Shown: positions 31,291 through 41,790 of the stretch, piece by piece
Layout: each line of letters begins with the position of its first letter
Numbering within the stretch: position 1 is the stretch's first letter
NCBI GenBank assembly: GCA_963823035.1
Contig: CAWGKG010000004.1
Coordinates: 256,001 to 320,000 of the forward strand
Source: an uncultured Gemmatimonadales bacterium
Lineage (GTDB): Bacteria > Gemmatimonadota > Gemmatimonadetes > Longimicrobiales > Gaopeijiaceae
DNA length: 64,000 nt
Direction of reading: 5' to 3'
Made by a program: the position numbers and the translations under genes
Notes under the pieces: generated by a model
What the model was told of the DNA's origin: nothing
Databases searched by the model: none
What the model saw: only the letters and a program-made list of their open reading frames with translations

Positions 31291-32280
31291 ATGGTAGACG
31301 AATCCCTGGCCGGGCCCGACGGCGCCGCAACGGGCGCACCCGAGTCGCCGCTGGAAGGCATCTACGGCGGCGGCGTGGGGGACCGCATCTACGCGGCGGT
31401 CATCGCGGCCTTCGCCTTCGCCGTGCCGGTGCTCCTGGTGGTCATCTTCGTGGTGGTCACCGTGGCCGCGTGGCCGGCGCTCCGCACCTTCGGCTTCGGC
31501 TTCCTCACCTCCAGCGACTGGGACCCCGTGGGGGAGCACTTCGGCGCGGCGCCGGCGCTCTACGGCACGCTCGTCTCGTCGGCGATCGCGCTGATCCTCG
31601 CGACCCCGCTGGCGCTGGGCGTCGCGATCTTCCTCTCGGAGCTGGCGCCGCACTGGCTGCGCCGCCCCGTCGCCTTCCTCGTCGACCTGCTCGCGGCCAT
31701 CCCGAGCGTGGTCTACGGGCTGTGGGGGATCTTCGTGATGATCCCCATCCTGCGCCGCTGGGTGATGCCCTTCCTGCGCGACACGCTGCACCTCGGCTCC
31801 ACGCCGCTGTTCAGCGGGCCGATGTACGGCCCGAGCATGCTCGCCGCCGGGATGATCCTGGCGATCATGATCCTGCCCTACATCTCGGCGGTGTCGCGCG
31901 AGGTGCTGATGGCCGTGCCGCGTTCGCAGCGCGAAGCGGCGCTGGCGCTGGGCGCGACGCGGTGGGAGATGCTCCGGCGCGCGGTGATCCCCTTCGCGAA
32001 GTCGGGCATCGCGGGAGGCGTGATCCTCGGGCTCGGCCGCGCGCTCGGCGAGACCATGGCCGTCACGATGGTCATCGGCAACCGCCACGAGATCGCGGCG
32101 TCCCTCTTCGCCCCGGGCTACACGATGGCCTCCCTCATCGCCAACCAGTTCAGCGAAGCCACCGGTGACCTGCAGCTCTCCGCGCTCATGGCCGTCGGCT
32201 TCGTCCTCTTCGTGGTGACGCTCGTGGTGAACGCCGGCGCGCGCTGGCTCGTGTGGCGCACGTCGCGGGGGATGGTATGA
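31291..32280 (+). CDS. pstC: Phosphate ABC transporter permease PstC
   Basis: LAAIPSVVYGLWG, REAALALGATRW and GRALGETMAV. Confidence 0.95.
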   Translation: MVDESLAGPDGAATGAPESPLEGIYGGGVGDRIYAAVIAAFAFAVPVLLVVIFVVVTVAAWPALRTFGFGFLTSSDWDPVGEHFGAAPALYGTLVSSAIALILATPLALGVAIFLSELAPHWLRRPVAFLVDLLAAIPSVVYGLWGIFVMIPILRRWVMPFLRDTLHLGSTPLFSGPMYGPSMLAAGMILAIMILPYISAVSREVLMAVPRSQREAALALGATRWEMLRRAVIPFAKSGIAGGVILGLGRALGETMAVTMVIGNRHEIAASLFAPGYTMASLIANQFSEATGDLQLSALMAVGFVLFVVTLVVNAGARWLVWRTSRGMV

Positions 32281-33136
32281 GCGGCTTCCGCACCTCGCCC
32301 CGGCGGCGCGCAGTGAACGGGATCATGACCGGCCTCACGTGGCTCGCCGCGGTGCTGGCCACGCTCCCGCTCCTGTTCATCCTCTTCTACCTGCTGCAGA
32401 AGGGCGCGACGTCGCTCAACCTGGGCTTCTTCACGCAGCCTCCCGCGCCCCCCGGGCGCCGTGGGCGGAGGGATGGCCAACGCGATCGTGGGGACGATCG
32501 TGGTGGTGGGGGTCGCGAGCGCGTTCGGCGTGCCGATCGGCATCGGGGCGGGCATCTACCTCGCCGAGAAGAAGGACGCGCCCCTGGCCACGACCGTGCG
32601 CTTCCTGGCCGACGTGCTCAACGGGCTCCCGTCGATCGTCATGGGGATCTTCGCGTGGGAGCTGGTGGTGGTGCCGATGGGCCACTTCTCCGCGCTGGCG
32701 GGCGGCCTCGCCCTCGGGGCGATGATGATCCCGACGGTGACGCGCACCACCGAGGAGATGGTGCGCGTGGTGCCCGACCAGCCTCCGCGAGGCGGCGCTC
32801 GCGCTCGGGTACACGCGCTGGCGCACCGCGCTCCGCATCGTCCTCCCCACCGCGTTCGCGGGGATCCTCACGGGCATCCTGGTCGCGCTGGCGCGCATCG
32901 CCGGCGAGACCGCGCCGCTGCTCTTCACCGCGTTCGGCAACAGCTTCTGGTCGTTCTCCCTCGACCAGCCGATCGCGGCGCTCCCCCTGCAGATCTTCGT
33001 GTACGCCACCGGTCCCTACGACGACTGGCATGCGCAGGCGTGGGCAGGCGCGCTCGTGCTCATCGCGCTCGTGCTGATCATCAGCCTGGTCTCGCGCGCC
33101 GTGACCCGCAGCGGATTCGCCCGTGCGGTCGACTGA
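32277..33136 (+). CDS. pstA: Phosphate ABC transporter permease PstA (frameshifted)
   Basis: ATGA overlap with pstC; GGGMANAIVGT, LNGLPSIV, EAALALG and ARIAGETAPLL. Confidence 0.9.
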
Positions 33137-33957
33137 GTCGGCGCGGCGCTTCGCCGCGATCGGCACGCGGACGGCGGTCGCCCTCGAGGAGGCGCCCGCC
33201 CGCATGGAGGTGCGTGGAGCTCGACGCCTTCTTCGGAGACGTGCACGCGGTGCAGGGCGTGTCGATGCGCATCCCGCAGGCACCGGGTGACCGCGGTGAT
33301 CGGTCCGTCCGGCTGCGGCAAGTCGACCTTCCTGCGCACGCTCGAACCGGATGCACGAGACCGTGCCCACGGCGTACATCCGCGGGACAGGTCCTCCTCG
33401 ACGGGAACGACATCTACGCCCACGGCGTGGATCCGGTCTCGGTGCGCCGCCACGTGGGGATGGTCTTCCAGCGCTCCACGGCCTTCCCGACGATGTCGAT
33501 CCGCGGCAACGTGGCGGCCGGACTCCGCGTGCTGAGGGCCGCGGGGCAGAGCATCGACGAGGACGAGCGTGTCGAGCAGGCGCTCCGCCGTGCCGCACTC
33601 TGGGAGGAGGTGCGCGACCGCCTCGACGACAGCGCGCTCGGGCTCTCGGGTGGGCAGCAGCAGCGCCTGTGCATCGCCCGGGCGCTCGCGATCGACCCGA
33701 GCGTGCTCCTCCTCGACGAGCCGACCGCCTCGCTCGACCCGATCAGCACGGAGAAGGTGGAACAGCTCGTGCACGACCTGCGCTCGGAGATCACGGTCGT
33801 GATCGTGACGCACAACATGGAGCAGGCCGCGCGCGTCTCCGACCAGACCGGGTTCTTCCTGCACGGCGAGCTCGTCGAGCTGTCGCCCACGGCGGAGCTC
33901 TTCACGCGGCCGCGCGACTCGCGCACCGAGGCGTACATCACGGGCCGTTTCGGATGA
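33123..33957 (+). CDS. pstB: Phosphate ABC transporter ATPase PstB (frameshifted)
   Basis: GPSGCGKST, LSGGQQQRLCIARALA, LLLDEP, VTHNMEQAAR and TEAYITGRFG. Confidence 0.92.
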
Positions 33958-33986
33958 GCGCGACATGCGCAGGCCCGCGGGCGCGC

Positions 33987-34040
33987 GTTACAGCGCCGAT
34001 ACCGGCAGGCGCGCAGCCCGTTACGGCGTCGACCTATGCT
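33987..34040 (+). promoter_or_regulatory. Candidate Pho-box repeats and -10 element upstream of pstS
   Basis: GTTAC 33987, GATAC 33998 and GTTAC 34020 (11-bp register), then TATGCT at 34035. Confidence 0.55.
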
Positions 34041-34081
34041 GAGGGCCGAATCGATCCTTCCATGACGGGGAAGCAACGACG

Positions 34082-35165
34082 ATGAGACGAACGATCTGGG
34101 CGGTTGCCGCGACGATGCTGGTGGCCTGCGGCGGCGGACCAACCCTCCGGGCAGGCGGGCAGCGCTCCGGCGCAGGTGGCGAGCAGCGGGGGCGGCGCCG
34201 ACCTCACGGGCGCGGGCGCGACCTTCCCGAATCCGATCTACGCGAAGTGGTTCTACGACTACGCCCAGCAGACGGGCGTGAAGATCAACTACCAGTCGAT
34301 CGGCTCGGGCGGCGGCATCCGTCAGCTCACCGAGGGCACGGTGGACTTCGGCGCGTCGGACGCGCCGATGAGCGACGCGGAGATGGCGGCGGCCAAGGGC
34401 AAGGTGCTGCACTTCCCGACGGTGATCGGCGCGGTGGCGGTGACCTACAACCTGCGAAGGCGTGTCGACGGCGCTGAAGTTCACGCCGGACGTGCTCGCG
34501 GACATCTTCCTCGGGAAGATCACCCGTTGGAACGACCCGCGGATCGCCGCGGTCAACGCCGGCGTCACGCTTCCGGCCGAGGACATCCTGGTGGTGCACC
34601 GCTCGGACGGCAGCGGCACGTCGTACATCTTCACGGACTACCTCTCCCACGTGAGCGACGCGTGGAAGAGCCGGTCCGGGCACCGGGAAGGACGTCGCCT
34701 GGCCGGTCGGCCTCGGCGGGAAGGGCAACGAGGGCGTGACGGGTCAGGTGAAGCAGACGCCCGGCTCCATCGGGTACGTGGAGCTCGCCTACGCCAACCA
34801 GAACCAGCTCCCGGTGGCCGGAGATCCGCAACCAGGCGGGCAACTTCGTGAAGGCGTCGCTCGAGGGCGCGACGGCGGCGGCCGCGGGCGTTGCCTCCAG
34901 CCTCCCGGAGGACACGGACTTCCGCGTGTCGATCGTGAACGCTCCGGGCGCCGACGCTTATCCGATCTCCTCGTTCACCTGGCTGCTCGTCTACCAGCAG
35001 ATGGACGACGCCGGCCGGACGAAGAAGCTCACGGACTTCATCCGGTGGGCGCTGACCGAAGGCGAGGGTTCCGCCGCCGCGCTGGACTATGCGCCGCTGC
35101 CGGCGAACATGGTCCAACTCGAGATGAAGCAGCTCGAGAAGCGTGCGCTCCGGGTCGATGCGTAG
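34082..35165 (+). CDS. pstS: Phosphate-binding lipoprotein PstS (frameshifted)
   Basis: Lipobox [38 protein letters not shown] and YPISSFTW. Confidence 0.93.
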
Positions 35166-35179
35166 GCCGCGAACCCGGA

Positions 35180-35218
35180 GTTACGGGACCGTTACAGATC
35201 CAGGGCGCCGGTCGTTAC
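35180..35218 (+). promoter_or_regulatory. Candidate Pho-box repeats upstream of the porin gene
   Basis: GTTAC at 35180, 35191 and 35214. Confidence 0.5.
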
Positions 35219-35274
35219 GAAAAGCGGCGACCCTTTGGGCGTTTGTAACGATCCCTGCACGGAGGAGGAGCGCT

Positions 35275-36294
35275 TTGAAGACAAGGACGCGATGGTCGTC
35301 GGTGGTGGCTGCCTCCGTCGTCGCGGCGGCCGTGGGCGCGCGCGGCGCGTCCGCCCAGGAGGTGCACGTCGGCGGGGTGGTCTACTCCCAGTACGAGTAC
35401 CTCCTGTCGGACTCGGCGGGGCACGGCAACGCGTTCGACGTCAAGCGCGCCTACCTGGACGTTCGTGGGAGCTTCCCGAACGGAGTCGCCACCCGGGTCA
35501 CGGCCGACATCCACCGGCAGCCCGACGGGTCCCTGGGCTACCGCCTCAAGTACGCCTACTTCACCTGGCGGCCCGAGAACAGCCCGGTCACGCTCAAGTT
35601 CGGGCAGATCCATACGGTCCTGCTCGACTGGGAGGAAGGGCTGTGGGACTACCGCATGCAGGGCACGATGCCCATCGAGCGCTACGGATACACCAGCTCC
35701 TCCGACCTCGGCGCCGGGGTGGACGGCGCGTGGGCGGACCAGAAGCTCAACGTGCAGCTCGCCGCCCACAACGGGGAGAGCTATCACGGCGCGGAGGGTG
35801 ACAAGCACAAGGACGTCTCGGCACGGGCGTCGTACCGCCTCCTCTCCTCGGACGACGGCGGAGCGCGCGGCGGGCTGCGCCTGACCGGGATGACGAGCTT
35901 CGGCGCTCCCGTCGGAGGCGGCACGCGCAACCGGTACTTGGGGATGGTGTCCTGGAAGTCCAGCCGCCTGACGCTGGCCGGCGAGGCCGCCAGGACCGTG
36001 GACGGCACGGACCCGGAGCCCAACGCGCGCGGCAATTTCCTCAGCGCGTACGGGGTGCTGCGCGTTCCGGACTCGCCGTGGGCGCTGGTGGCCCGCGTGG
36101 ACCGCTCGGACCCGAACGTCGACGTCGAGGACGACGCGCTCACGCGCCTGATCGCCGGTGTCTCCTACCGGCTCGGGTCCAACGTTCTCGTCCTCCTGGA
36201 CGTGGACCACGTGAGCTACCAGGGCGGTCCACCCAGCGCGGCGGCGGACGCGCGCCGCTCGAGCCTCCTCTTCCAGACGCAGTTCACGTTTTGA
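35275..36294 (+). CDS. Outer-membrane beta-barrel, probable phosphate-selective porin
   Basis: TTG start after GGAGGAGG, signal peptide, amphipathic strands (FDVKRAYL, RLKYAY), C-terminal Phe; directly after pstS. Confidence 0.7.
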   Translation: MKTRTRWSSVVAASVVAAAVGARGASAQEVHVGGVVYSQYEYLLSDSAGHGNAFDVKRAYLDVRGSFPNGVATRVTADIHRQPDGSLGYRLKYAYFTWRPENSPVTLKFGQIHTVLLDWEEGLWDYRMQGTMPIERYGYTSSSDLGAGVDGAWADQKLNVQLAAHNGESYHGAEGDKHKDVSARASYRLLSSDDGGARGGLRLTGMTSFGAPVGGGTRNRYLGMVSWKSSRLTLAGEAARTVDGTDPEPNARGNFLSAYGVLRVPDSPWALVARVDRSDPNVDVEDDALTRLIAGVSYRLGSNVLVLLDVDHVSYQGGPPSAAADARRSSLLFQTQFTF

Positions 36295-36409
36295 CGGACG
36301 CATCCGTCGAGGGTCTTCCCCTCCGCGGGCCGGCTCCTTACTCATGAGGCGTATCAAGGCCCCCCCGAATGCGTGGGGCCCCCCGACCCGTCACCCCAGG
36401 AGCCCCCTC

Positions 36410-37489
36410 ATGCGTTCCCGTGCCGCCCTGGTCGCAGCCGGCCTGCTGGTGGGTCTTCCCGCCTCCGCCTCCGCACAGTCCCTTCGCTATACCTCCGTCA
36501 ATGAGATGGAGCTCGGCGGCGCCCTCGGCACCATGATGTCGATGATGCCGGGTACGGGCGGGACGACCGAGTCGACCACCTACATCCAGAACTCGAAGAT
36601 CCGCACCGATTCGGACAAGACCTCGAGCATCGTGGACTGGAACACGGGGAAGATGATCTTCCTCGACCACGCGTCCCGCACGTACACCTCCTTCGACTTC
36701 GCCACCATGACGCAGCAGATGACGGAGGCGATGGGCAAGGCCCCCCCGTCCGGCGGCCCCCCCGCGGCGGCCCAGCCGGCGGACCAGCCGAAGATCGAGT
36801 GGGAAGTCCACTTCGCCACGGACCGCACGGGCGAGAAAGAGAAGATCGACGGCTACGATGCGGAGCGTGTGATCCTCACGACGGAGGTCACCGCGAAGAG
36901 TGTTCCCGAGGGCGACGAGACGCAGGAGCAGCTGGGAATGGCGATCGTGTCCGAGCTGTGGCTGAGCAAGGACTTCCCTGAGTACGAGATGATGCAGAAC
37001 CTGCAGGGCGAGGCCGCCGACCGCATCCGGGAGCAGGCCGCTCAGGGAACGGCCGCCTCGATGCAGGCATTTTCGGCGATGCAGCCCGGGCTGTCGGACG
37101 CCTGGCAGAAGAACATGGAGGAACTCGGCAAGCTCGAGGGCTACGCCGTCCGCTCGACGATGCTCTTCGTCACGCTTCCTCCCGACGGCAAGCTCGATCG
37201 GGACGCGGCGCTGGCGGAGAAGGACGCGAAGCTCTCCTCCGGGGCCGGGAGCGCGGCGGCGTCGAGCGCCGCTGACGCCGCGAAGAAGGCGCTGGGCGGA
37301 CTCGCCGGCCGCTTCGGCAGAGGGAAGAAGGAGGAGCCGAAGGCGGAGGAGGTGACGATGACGCAGGCGGTGTTCATGCGCATGAAGTCCGAGATCCGGG
37401 ACGTCGACACGGCCGCCATCGACCCGTCCATCTTCGAGATTCCGGCGGGCTACACCGAACGGCCCATGGGTGGACCGATCGGAGGCTGA
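36410..37489 (+). CDS. Secreted hypothetical protein (DUF4412-like)
   Basis: Signal peptide, TGEKEKIDGY, ELWLSKD and IDPSIFEIPAGY. Confidence 0.7.
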   Translation: MRSRAALVAAGLLVGLPASASAQSLRYTSVNEMELGGALGTMMSMMPGTGGTTESTTYIQNSKIRTDSDKTSSIVDWNTGKMIFLDHASRTYTSFDFATMTQQMTEAMGKAPPSGGPPAAAQPADQPKIEWEVHFATDRTGEKEKIDGYDAERVILTTEVTAKSVPEGDETQEQLGMAIVSELWLSKDFPEYEMMQNLQGEAADRIREQAAQGTAASMQAFSAMQPGLSDAWQKNMEELGKLEGYAVRSTMLFVTLPPDGKLDRDAALAEKDAKLSSGAGSAAASSAADAAKKALGGLAGRFGRGKKEEPKAEEVTMTQAVFMRMKSEIRDVDTAAIDPSIFEIPAGYTERPMGGPIGG

Positions 37490-37516
37490 CCCGGCGCTGT
37501 CGCGAGGGCGCGGGGA

Positions 37517-37885
37517 TCAGCCCCGCGCCTTCGCCCAAGACGCCGCCCTCCTCCCAGGCTCCCTCGAGCTCACGCCGGAAGACGTCGAACACGGCCTCGA
37601 CGGGCATCTGCGGACGGAGCGCCTGGAAGCGATGCATCCCCAGGTAGACGGCGTCGTCGCGGCTCTTCCGGGTGGAGGAGGGCCGACACGGCCGGCACGA
37701 AGAACGTCGCCCGCACGTCGTGCCGCTCGAGCAGCGCGAGGATGCGCGGCACCCCCTGGCGTGCGCCGTACTCCCCCCAGGCCATCCTCCCGATGGAGCG
37801 CCCCGCCGGCGCGCACCTTGTCGACGAGGGCGCGCCGGTGGGGCTCCGGCCACTGCCAGGGCTGCTGTTCGGAGGGGTCGTCCAT
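37517..37885 (-). pseudogene. Internally deleted polysaccharide deacetylase (PgdA/PuuE-like) relic
   Basis: Segments QPWQWPE..VDKVRAG, SIGRMAWGEYGARQGVPRILALLERHDVRATFFVP and RDDAVY...VFDVFRRELEGAWEEGG survive. The metal-binding motifs are missing. Confidence 0.7.
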
Positions 37886-37986
37886 GGCGTTGAGGGTAGG
37901 CCACCCCGCCATCTCCGGAAACCCGGGGCCGCCTGGCCTCGTCGTGGCAGGTGAGATCGCCATCCACGCCCGCCCGTGCGAACGCC

Positions 37987-40461
37987 ATGGAATCCCTTCT
38001 GCGCGATGCCCGCCTCGCCCTGAAGCTCCTCTGGAAGGAGAAGACCTTCAGCGTCACCGTCCTCGTCACGCTGGCCGTGTGCATCGGCGCGAACGTCGCC
38101 ATCTACAGCGTCATCCACACGGTCCTCCTCGAGCCCCTTCCGTTCAAGGAACCCGATCGGCTCGTCGCCATCTTCAACAGCTACCCGAACGCGGCCTCGG
38201 GGCGGGGCTCCAACGGGACGGTGGACTTCTTCCAGCGGCGGGAGCACATCGACGCCTTCGAGGAAGTGGCGATCTTCCAGGGGAGCGGCAGCACCGTAGG
38301 TGGCGACGACGGCAGCGAGCGCGTGTCCACGATGCGCGTCTCTCCCTCGCTCTTCCCCTTGCTGGGCGTGCAGGCGGCGCGGGGCCGCACGTTCACCGAA
38401 GAGGAGATGAAGGAGGACAACGACCACGAGGTCGTCCTGACGGACGCGTACTGGCGCGAGCACTTCGGCGCGGACGCGGACGTGGTCGGTCGGTCCCTGC
38501 GCGTCGACGGTGAGGCGTACACGATCGTGGGTGTCCTTGCGCCCGACTTCGAGCTGCCGGGGCGCCCGAACACCCGCTTCTTCCTCCCGGTCGGCCTGTC
38601 GGACGAAGACGCCCAGCTCGATCGGTGGCACTCCAACGACTTCGACATGATCGCGCGCCTGCGTCCGGGAGCGACGATCGAGCAGGCACGTGCGCAGAAC
38701 GATGCGCTCAACCAGTCGCTCATCGACCAGTGGCCCATGCCGAACGCCCGCCAGCTCCTGGAGGACGCGGGGTACCACGTGGTGATCGAGCCGCTCGCGG
38801 CCGACCTGGTCCGCGACGTGAAGCCCGTGCTGTACATGCTGTGGGCCGGGGTCGGGCTGGTGCTGCTGATCGGTTGCGTGAACATCGCCAACCTCCTGCT
38901 CGCCCGCGCGCAGACGCGCATCGGCGAGGTGGCTACGCGCCTCGCGCTCGGCGCGCCGCGCCGCAGGGTGGCGCGCCAGGTGCTCACCGAGGCCGTGGTC
39001 ATGGGCGTGGTGGGCGGCGCGCTCGGCGTGGGGCTCGGGGCGGCCGGCCTGAAGCTGCTCCTGGGCGTCGGCGCGGCCGACCTTCCCCGCGGCACGCACA
39101 TCGGCATCGACCCCTCGGTGCTGCTCTTCACGGCGGTCCTGGCCGTGGGTGCCGGCCTGGTGTTCGGCGCGATCCCGATGGTGCAGATCATGCGGGGCGA
39201 CCTCTCCCCGGTTTTCCGCACGGAGGGACGCTCGGGCACGGCGAGCCGGCGCGCGGTGCTCGTGCGCAACGGGTTGGTGACGAGCCAGGTCGCGCTCGCG
39301 TTCGTCCTGCTGATCGGGGCCGGCCTGATGCTGATGAGCTTCCGCGCGGCCCTGTCGGTGGATCCGGGGTTCGATCCGGATGGCGTGCTCACGGCGTTCG
39401 TGTCGCTGCCGCAGGCACGCTACCCGGACGGCGACGCCAGGCGTCGGTTCACCGAGGAGCTTCGCGCCGGCGTCGCGGCGATTCCCGGTGTGAAGGCGGT
39501 GGGCATCACGGCCCAGCTTCCCTTCACGGGAAACAACTCCAGCAGCGTGATCGTCCCCGAGGGGTACGTGCCCTCGCCGGGCGAGTCCGTGCTCTCCCCG
39601 TATCAGGTGCTCGCGAGTCCCGGGTACGTGGAGGCGATGGGGATGCGCCTCGTGGAGGGACGGACCTTCGAGGACTCCGACGGTCCCGATGCGACCCGCG
39701 TCATGCTCATCGACGAGTGGCTCGCCCGGCGCTATTGGCCGGATCGCAGCCCGCTCGGGGACCGCATGGTCTACGGCGTCGCCCCCGGGGCCGACAGCAT
39801 CCCGCCGGAGAGCGTGTACACGATCGTCGGGGTGGTGAAGACCCTCAAGCAGAACGACCTCACGGCGCCCGCGTCCGAGCACGTGGGTGCGTACTACTTC
39901 TGCACGCTCCAGCGCCCGCCGGGCTTCCAGGCCATGGTGCTCCGCACGGGTGTGGACGCCACGTCGGTCACGCCGGCGCTGCGCAAGCTCGTGTCCGGCC
40001 TCGACGCGGAGCTTCCCGTCTACGGCGTGGAGACGATGCGGGGGCGCATCGACGACTCCCTGCGCACCCGGCGCATCCCGCTCGTCCTGCTGGGGGTCTT
40101 CGCGGGGGTGGCGCTCTTCCTCGCGGTGGTGGGCATCTACGGCGCGCTGGCCTATTCGGTCACGCAGCGTACACGCGAGATCGGCATCCGCATGGCGATG
40201 GGATCCCCGCCGTCCGACGTCTTCCGCAGCGTGGTGGGGCAGGGGCTCCGCGTCACCGGAGCGGGACTGGTGGTGGGCATCGGCTCCGCGCTCCTGCTCA
40301 CCCGGCTCGTGCGCTCCCTCCTCTTCGAGGTGCAGCCCAGCGACCCGCGCGTGATGCTCGCCGTGGCCGTCGTCCTCGGGGCCGTCGGGCTGGTCGCGTG
40401 CCTGATCCCGGCGCGGCGCGCGACGGCCGTCGACCCGGTGTCGGCACTCGGGGGCGTATGA
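37987..40461 (+). CDS. ADOP-type duplicated MacB/FtsX ABC permease (no PadR neighbour)
   Basis: TLAVCIGANVAIYS, LLIGCVNIANLLLAR, VDPGFDP, QRTREIGIRMAMG and PARRA..VDP; intact frame. Confidence 0.92.
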   Translation: MESLLRDARLALKLLWKEKTFSVTVLVTLAVCIGANVAIYSVIHTVLLEPLPFKEPDRLVAIFNSYPNAASGRGSNGTVDFFQRREHIDAFEEVAIFQGSGSTVGGDDGSERVSTMRVSPSLFPLLGVQAARGRTFTEEEMKEDNDHEVVLTDAYWREHFGADADVVGRSLRVDGEAYTIVGVLAPDFELPGRPNTRFFLPVGLSDEDAQLDRWHSNDFDMIARLRPGATIEQARAQNDALNQSLIDQWPMPNARQLLEDAGYHVVIEPLAADLVRDVKPVLYMLWAGVGLVLLIGCVNIANLLLARAQTRIGEVATRLALGAPRRRVARQVLTEAVVMGVVGGALGVGLGAAGLKLLLGVGAADLPRGTHIGIDPSVLLFTAVLAVGAGLVFGAIPMVQIMRGDLSPVFRTEGRSGTASRRAVLVRNGLVTSQVALAFVLLIGAGLMLMSFRAALSVDPGFDPDGVLTAFVSLPQARYPDGDARRRFTEELRAGVAAIPGVKAVGITAQLPFTGNNSSSVIVPEGYVPSPGESVLSPYQVLASPGYVEAMGMRLVEGRTFEDSDGPDATRVMLIDEWLARRYWPDRSPLGDRMVYGVAPGADSIPPESVYTIVGVVKTLKQNDLTAPASEHVGAYYFCTLQRPPGFQAMVLRTGVDATSVTPALRKLVSGLDAELPVYGVETMRGRIDDSLRTRRIPLVLLGVFAGVALFLAVVGIYGALAYSVTQRTREIGIRMAMGSPPSDVFRSVVGQGLRVTGAGLVVGIGSALLLTRLVRSLLFEVQPSDPRVMLAVAVVLGAVGLVACLIPARRATAVDPVSALGGV

Positions 40462-40470
40462 GGGCGCCGC

Positions 40471-41732
40471 TCAACGGAGCGGCCGATGCGCCGTCTCCTC
40501 GAGCCCGTGGATGACGGCGCCCGACACCAGGGCCGCCACGATCACGTAGCCCGTCCATGCGAGGGGTGAGCCGGTCCGCCGGATGAGCCAGGTGGCCACC
40601 CAGGGCGCGAAGCCGCCGAAGACGGCGACCGCGAGGGCGTAGCCGGTGGTCATCCACGTCGAGCGGATGCGTGTCGGGAAGATCTCCGCGATGGCCGCGG
40701 GTGCCGGGCCGCTGAACATGGCGATGACCACCGCGAGGCAGACCTGGAGGGCGACCACCATCGCGAAGGGGGGGCCGGTTACGAGGAAGCGCACGACGGG
40801 CCAGGTGAAGAGCGCGAAGGAGGCGCAGCAGGCCAGGAGGAGGGGCCGGCGACCGACCCGGTCGGAGAGACCGCCGAAGAGGGGGATCGCCGCGACCAGG
40901 ACCACCAGGCCGATCGTGTTCGACCAGAGCGCCTGTGCGCTCGTCAGGTGGGCGTAGCGCTCCGTGAACGACGGCATGTAGGTCAGGAAGATGTAGTACG
41001 AGACCGTCCACAGGATCGTGAAGCCGGCCGCGCGCGCCGCGAGCCCGATCGGACCGGCCCCCTCCTCCGGCTCCGGGGCGGCCGCCTCCCTGGCCGCCCG
41101 AAAGGCCGGTGTCTCCTCGATCGTCCGTCGCATCCACAGCCCCACCGGGCCGAGGAGCCCGCCCAGGAGAAAGGGCACGCGCCACCCCCACGCCTGCAGG
41201 CTGGACGGAGAGAGCGTGGAGCTCAGCGTCGCCGCGATCGCCGACCCGAGGAGGAGCCCCGCGCCTACGCTCGTCTGCTGGAAGGAGCCGTACCACCCCC
41301 GCCGCCCTTCGGGCGCCCACTCGACGATGAACGCCGTGCTCCCCCCCACTCCCCACCGGCGCTGAAGCCCTGCAGGAGCCGCGCCGCGACGATCGTGGCC
41401 GGCCCCAGGATGCCCACCGTGGCGTAGGTCGGGGCGACGCCCATGAGGACGGTGCCGCCGGCCATGAGGAAGAGCGTGAGCAGGAGCGCGCGCCGCCGCC
41501 CGTGGACGTCGCCGATGCGACCAATGACGATCCCGCCGAGCGGTCGGGCCAGGAAGCCGACGCCGAAGACGCCGAAGGAGGCGAGCAGCTCGGCGGACGG
41601 GTCGCCGGACGGGAAGAAGTTCCGGCCGATCGTGGCTGCCAGGTAGCCGTAGACGGCGAAGTCGTACCATTCCAGCACGTTGCCGACGACCGCCGCGGCA
41701 ACGGCCCGACGGGGGGAGGCGGTCCGGAGCAT
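40471..41732 (-). CDS. MFS metabolite:H+ symporter (ProP-like), one frameshift
   Basis: GNVLEWYDF, RPLGG, GDVHGRR, RLLQGFSAGGEWGG, WGWRVPFLLG and SDRVGRR. The shift lies in a G-run near 41340-41355. Confidence 0.9.
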
Positions 41733-41790
41733 TCCGCCATGATGGTGCGGCGCCGGGCCCCCCGCCACGTCGGGAGTCGCCCGGAGCCGC

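Noticed and set aside
32277..35165. Programmed frameshifting or pseudogenisation of the pst genes
   Set aside because: No slippery-site pattern, the motifs are intact, and similar indels occur throughout the window; sequencing error is more likely.
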